From a virus (Duplodnaviria; Caudoviricetes), in IMG/VR virus record IMGVR_UViG_3300020402_000279, positions 1 to 27,662 of that record: 27,662 nucleotides of DNA. One strand, 5' to 3'. Positions 25,916 through 27,662 of this stretch are shown piece after piece. The notes under the pieces were generated by a model. That model did not search any database, had not been told where the DNA came from, and was given only the letters and a program-made list of their open reading frames with translations. A program made the translations under genes and the position numbers. Each line of letters begins with the position of its first letter. The stretch's first letter is position 1.

Positions 25916-25921
25916 TAAATA
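25916..25921 (+). promoter_or_regulatory. T4 late-like box (GATAAATA)
   Basis: Intergenic, 22 nt before ATG 25944 with an AGGA RBS. Confidence 0.55.
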
Positions 25922-25943
25922 ATACTAACATACAGGAAAACCA

Positions 25944-26468
25944 ATGAAAGACGTTTTAGAGGTAATAAAAAACATACAAAGCATATACGAAAGTGATGTG
26001 TCTTTTCAAGTTTTAAAGGACTTTGAAAGGGTGCTAGACGACCTTGATTTGTATGTGTATGAAAACTGGATGGACGGAGAATTAGTAAGTGGGCCTAAAA
26101 TAGGTAGACACTGGGTAACTTGTGCGTTCATGTGGGATCGTGATAAAATGCCTGATCCTATGGGCGGTAAAAGACTACTAGATTATGATTGTAAAGTATC
26201 CTACAAAAGAGATACTATAATCAAACCACGCAAAATACGCAAACCAGACGATATTAGACCTGGAACTAAAAAGGGTAAGTTAGATATTGAACCTATTTGG
26301 GTAGTAGAAATAATGATGCCTAAAAAACTTATAGCTGACATTTATACTGGCTATAAAGCACAAGAAGATATAGGAACAGATCCTGCTGTTACCCCAACTA
26401 TTGCTCCAGAAATACAACCTGCTGAAGTAGGTGCTGAAGCAACACAAGGTACGGAGGATGTAGCATAA
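25944..26468 (+). CDS. Hypothetical phage protein (174 aa)
   Basis: Long ORF with RBS and late-like box. Globular core (LKDFERVLDDLDLYVYENW..GELV.GP...MPDP.GG.RL) and an acidic tail. No family recognised. Confidence 0.75.
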   Translation: MKDVLEVIKNIQSIYESDVSFQVLKDFERVLDDLDLYVYENWMDGELVSGPKIGRHWVTCAFMWDRDKMPDPMGGKRLLDYDCKVSYKRDTIIKPRKIRKPDDIRPGTKKGKLDIEPIWVVEIMMPKKLIADIYTGYKAQEDIGTDPAVTPTIAPEIQPAEVGAEATQGTEDVA

Positions 26469-27172
26469 TGGGATTACTATCAAACGATTTACAATTTCTT
26501 GTAGATAATGTGCTTGAAATAGATTCTTATAAATCAAAAATGGGTACTGATAGAGATATTGTTACCCTTGCTTTTTCAGTGAATGGAAAAGAGCCAGCAA
26601 CAGATTTAGAAAACTTTATTGAAAAAGGATATCCTTTTGTGCTAGATGCTGATGTTACAAGCGGTGAACAATCAGATGGAACTTACAAGGTATTTGTAGA
26701 AATAGAAAGAAACAAAGATGTAGGTTCACAAATTATGGAAATAGCTGACGGTGTAACAAAACTTGCTAACGTTGATAATCTTAGATTTAGATATTACAAA
26801 AACTTTAAAAGTAAAGCATTAAACACAGAAAATATTAATGAAGAATTACCATTAGATGGTGATTCATATGATATTAAAACAAAAGAATCTCATTTAGAAA
26901 ATTACAAAAACTTTTTTACAAACAGTTATGCGGAAAGTATTAATTTAGTAGGTGATACACTAACTGTTAAAAATACCTATCAACAACCTGTTCACTTTGA
27001 AGTTATTGACTTTGGTAAGGGTATGGAAATAAAAGAAACAATCAATATGGATCACATGTCAGAAGTAATATGGCTTACAAAATATTTAGGTGATTACAAC
27101 ATTAACAAATATGGTAAGGATTTAGTTTTACAAAATGAAGGATATGTGTTAAAGCTAAGAAGGATTACTTAA
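26468..27172 (+). CDS. Hypothetical phage protein (234 aa)
   Basis: TAATG-coupled ORF (IDSYKSKMG...DLENFIEKGYPFVLDAD...VFVEIER). No family recognised. Confidence 0.75.
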   Translation: MGLLSNDLQFLVDNVLEIDSYKSKMGTDRDIVTLAFSVNGKEPATDLENFIEKGYPFVLDADVTSGEQSDGTYKVFVEIERNKDVGSQIMEIADGVTKLANVDNLRFRYYKNFKSKALNTENINEELPLDGDSYDIKTKESHLENYKNFFTNSYAESINLVGDTLTVKNTYQQPVHFEVIDFGKGMEIKETINMDHMSEVIWLTKYLGDYNINKYGKDLVLQNEGYVLKLRRIT

Positions 27173-27321
27173 TGAATTATTGTTTGAACTGCGGTCATGA
27201 ACAGCATGACGGGCCACTATGGAAAGAATTTCTTGATGGTGATAACCAACCAATAATGATTGAAGTGTGCAAACAGTATCGAGGTAAAGTTTGCCAAGAA
27301 GAGGAAACTGTAGATGGCTAA
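27172..27321 (+). CDS. 49-aa Cys/His-rich small protein (not in ORF track)
   Basis: Hand translation: MNYCLNCGHEQHDGPLWKEFLDGDNQPIMIEVCKQYRGKVCQEEETVDG. TAATG coupling and an AAGGA RBS. Confidence 0.65.
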   Translation: MNYCLNCGHEQHDGPLWKEFLDGDNQPIMIEVCKQYRGKVCQEEETVDG

Positions 27322-27662
27322 AGAACATTTTAAATTTGATTTCGAAGAATGGATGGCAAAAGAGCTTATCCATAGAGATGACTGGAAAGACTGGTACGAA
27401 GCAATGTGTGAGATATTGCCTTTGTGGTCAGTAGATACTGTAGAACGTGTAGCAGGATTTATTGCTCAGTGTGGACACGAGTCTGGCGGCTTTAGAGTGT
27501 TAAGTGAAAACTTAAACTATAGTGCCAAAGCATTAAACACTATATTTCCAAAATACTTTAGGAGAGCAGGAAGAGATGCAAATGATTATCATAGAAAGCC
27601 TGAAAAGATTGCAAACGTTATCTATGCTAATAGGATGGACAATGGCGATAGTGATTCAGGAG
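27314..27662 (+). CDS. Glycoside hydrolase family 19 endolysin (chitinase-like), 3' truncated by window (not in ORF track)
   Basis: Hand translation: MAKEHFKFDF...RVAGFIAQCGHESGGFRVLSENLNYSAKAL...PEKIANVIYANRMDNGDSDSG. FxAQxxHES and ENLNYS are GH19 phage lysin motifs. GAGG RBS. Confidence 0.9.
   Translation, partial: MAKEHFKFDFEEWMAKELIHRDDWKDWYEAMCEILPLWSVDTVERVAGFIAQCGHESGGFRVLSENLNYSAKALNTIFPKYFRRAGRDANDYHRKPEKIANVIYANRMDNGDSDSG

Noticed and set aside
17010-27373. Shadow ORFs at 17010, 19243, 19638, 21068, 22783, 23071, 23603, 24672, 26280 and 27155
   Set aside because: Each overlaps a better-supported gene and shows no family motif.
1-27662. tRNA, CRISPR array, DGR, integrase/transposase or alternative genetic code
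   Set aside because: Intergenic gaps are too short and no such motifs were seen. TAA, TAG and TGA all end genes at sensible, often coupled positions.

Overview
AT-rich, gene-dense 27.7 kb segment of a large lytic tailed phage, most likely a T4-like or jumbo myovirus from an aquatic setting. The ferredoxin type hints at an alphaproteobacterial host. Genes are almost all on the + strand and use the standard code. From left to right: the end of a UvsE UV-damage endonuclease, a small holin-like membrane protein, a reverse-strand Zn-finger-like protein and an IscA/HesB Fe-S carrier. A tail/baseplate module follows: a 2628-aa beta-helix spike/fibre with a C-terminal chaperone-like domain, gp9/gp10-type N-terminal paralogues, a tail fibre, an S8 subtilase, a 985-aa Ig-repeat protein and an inserted TylF-type O-methyltransferase. 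Next is a replication/metabolic block: a stand-alone DnaE fragment that stops just before the catalytic aspartates, GroES, MazG, nitroreductase, DEDDh exonuclease, clamp loader, 7Fe ferredoxin, parvulin, a 2OG-Fe(II)-like protein, ThyX and PhoH. The window ends with two conserved-looking hypotheticals and the start of a GH19 endolysin. Two promoter classes can be read directly: TAAATA (T4 late-like) boxes before structural genes, and near-consensus TTGACA-N17-TAAAAT/TATTAT sigma70 promoters before replication genes. Several of these overlap the upstream gene's stop codon. Seven ORFs missing from the ORF track were translated by hand (six short ones plus the truncated endolysin). No tRNA, CRISPR array, integrase, reverse transcriptase or intein was seen. 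All family calls come from motif recognition, not database searches.
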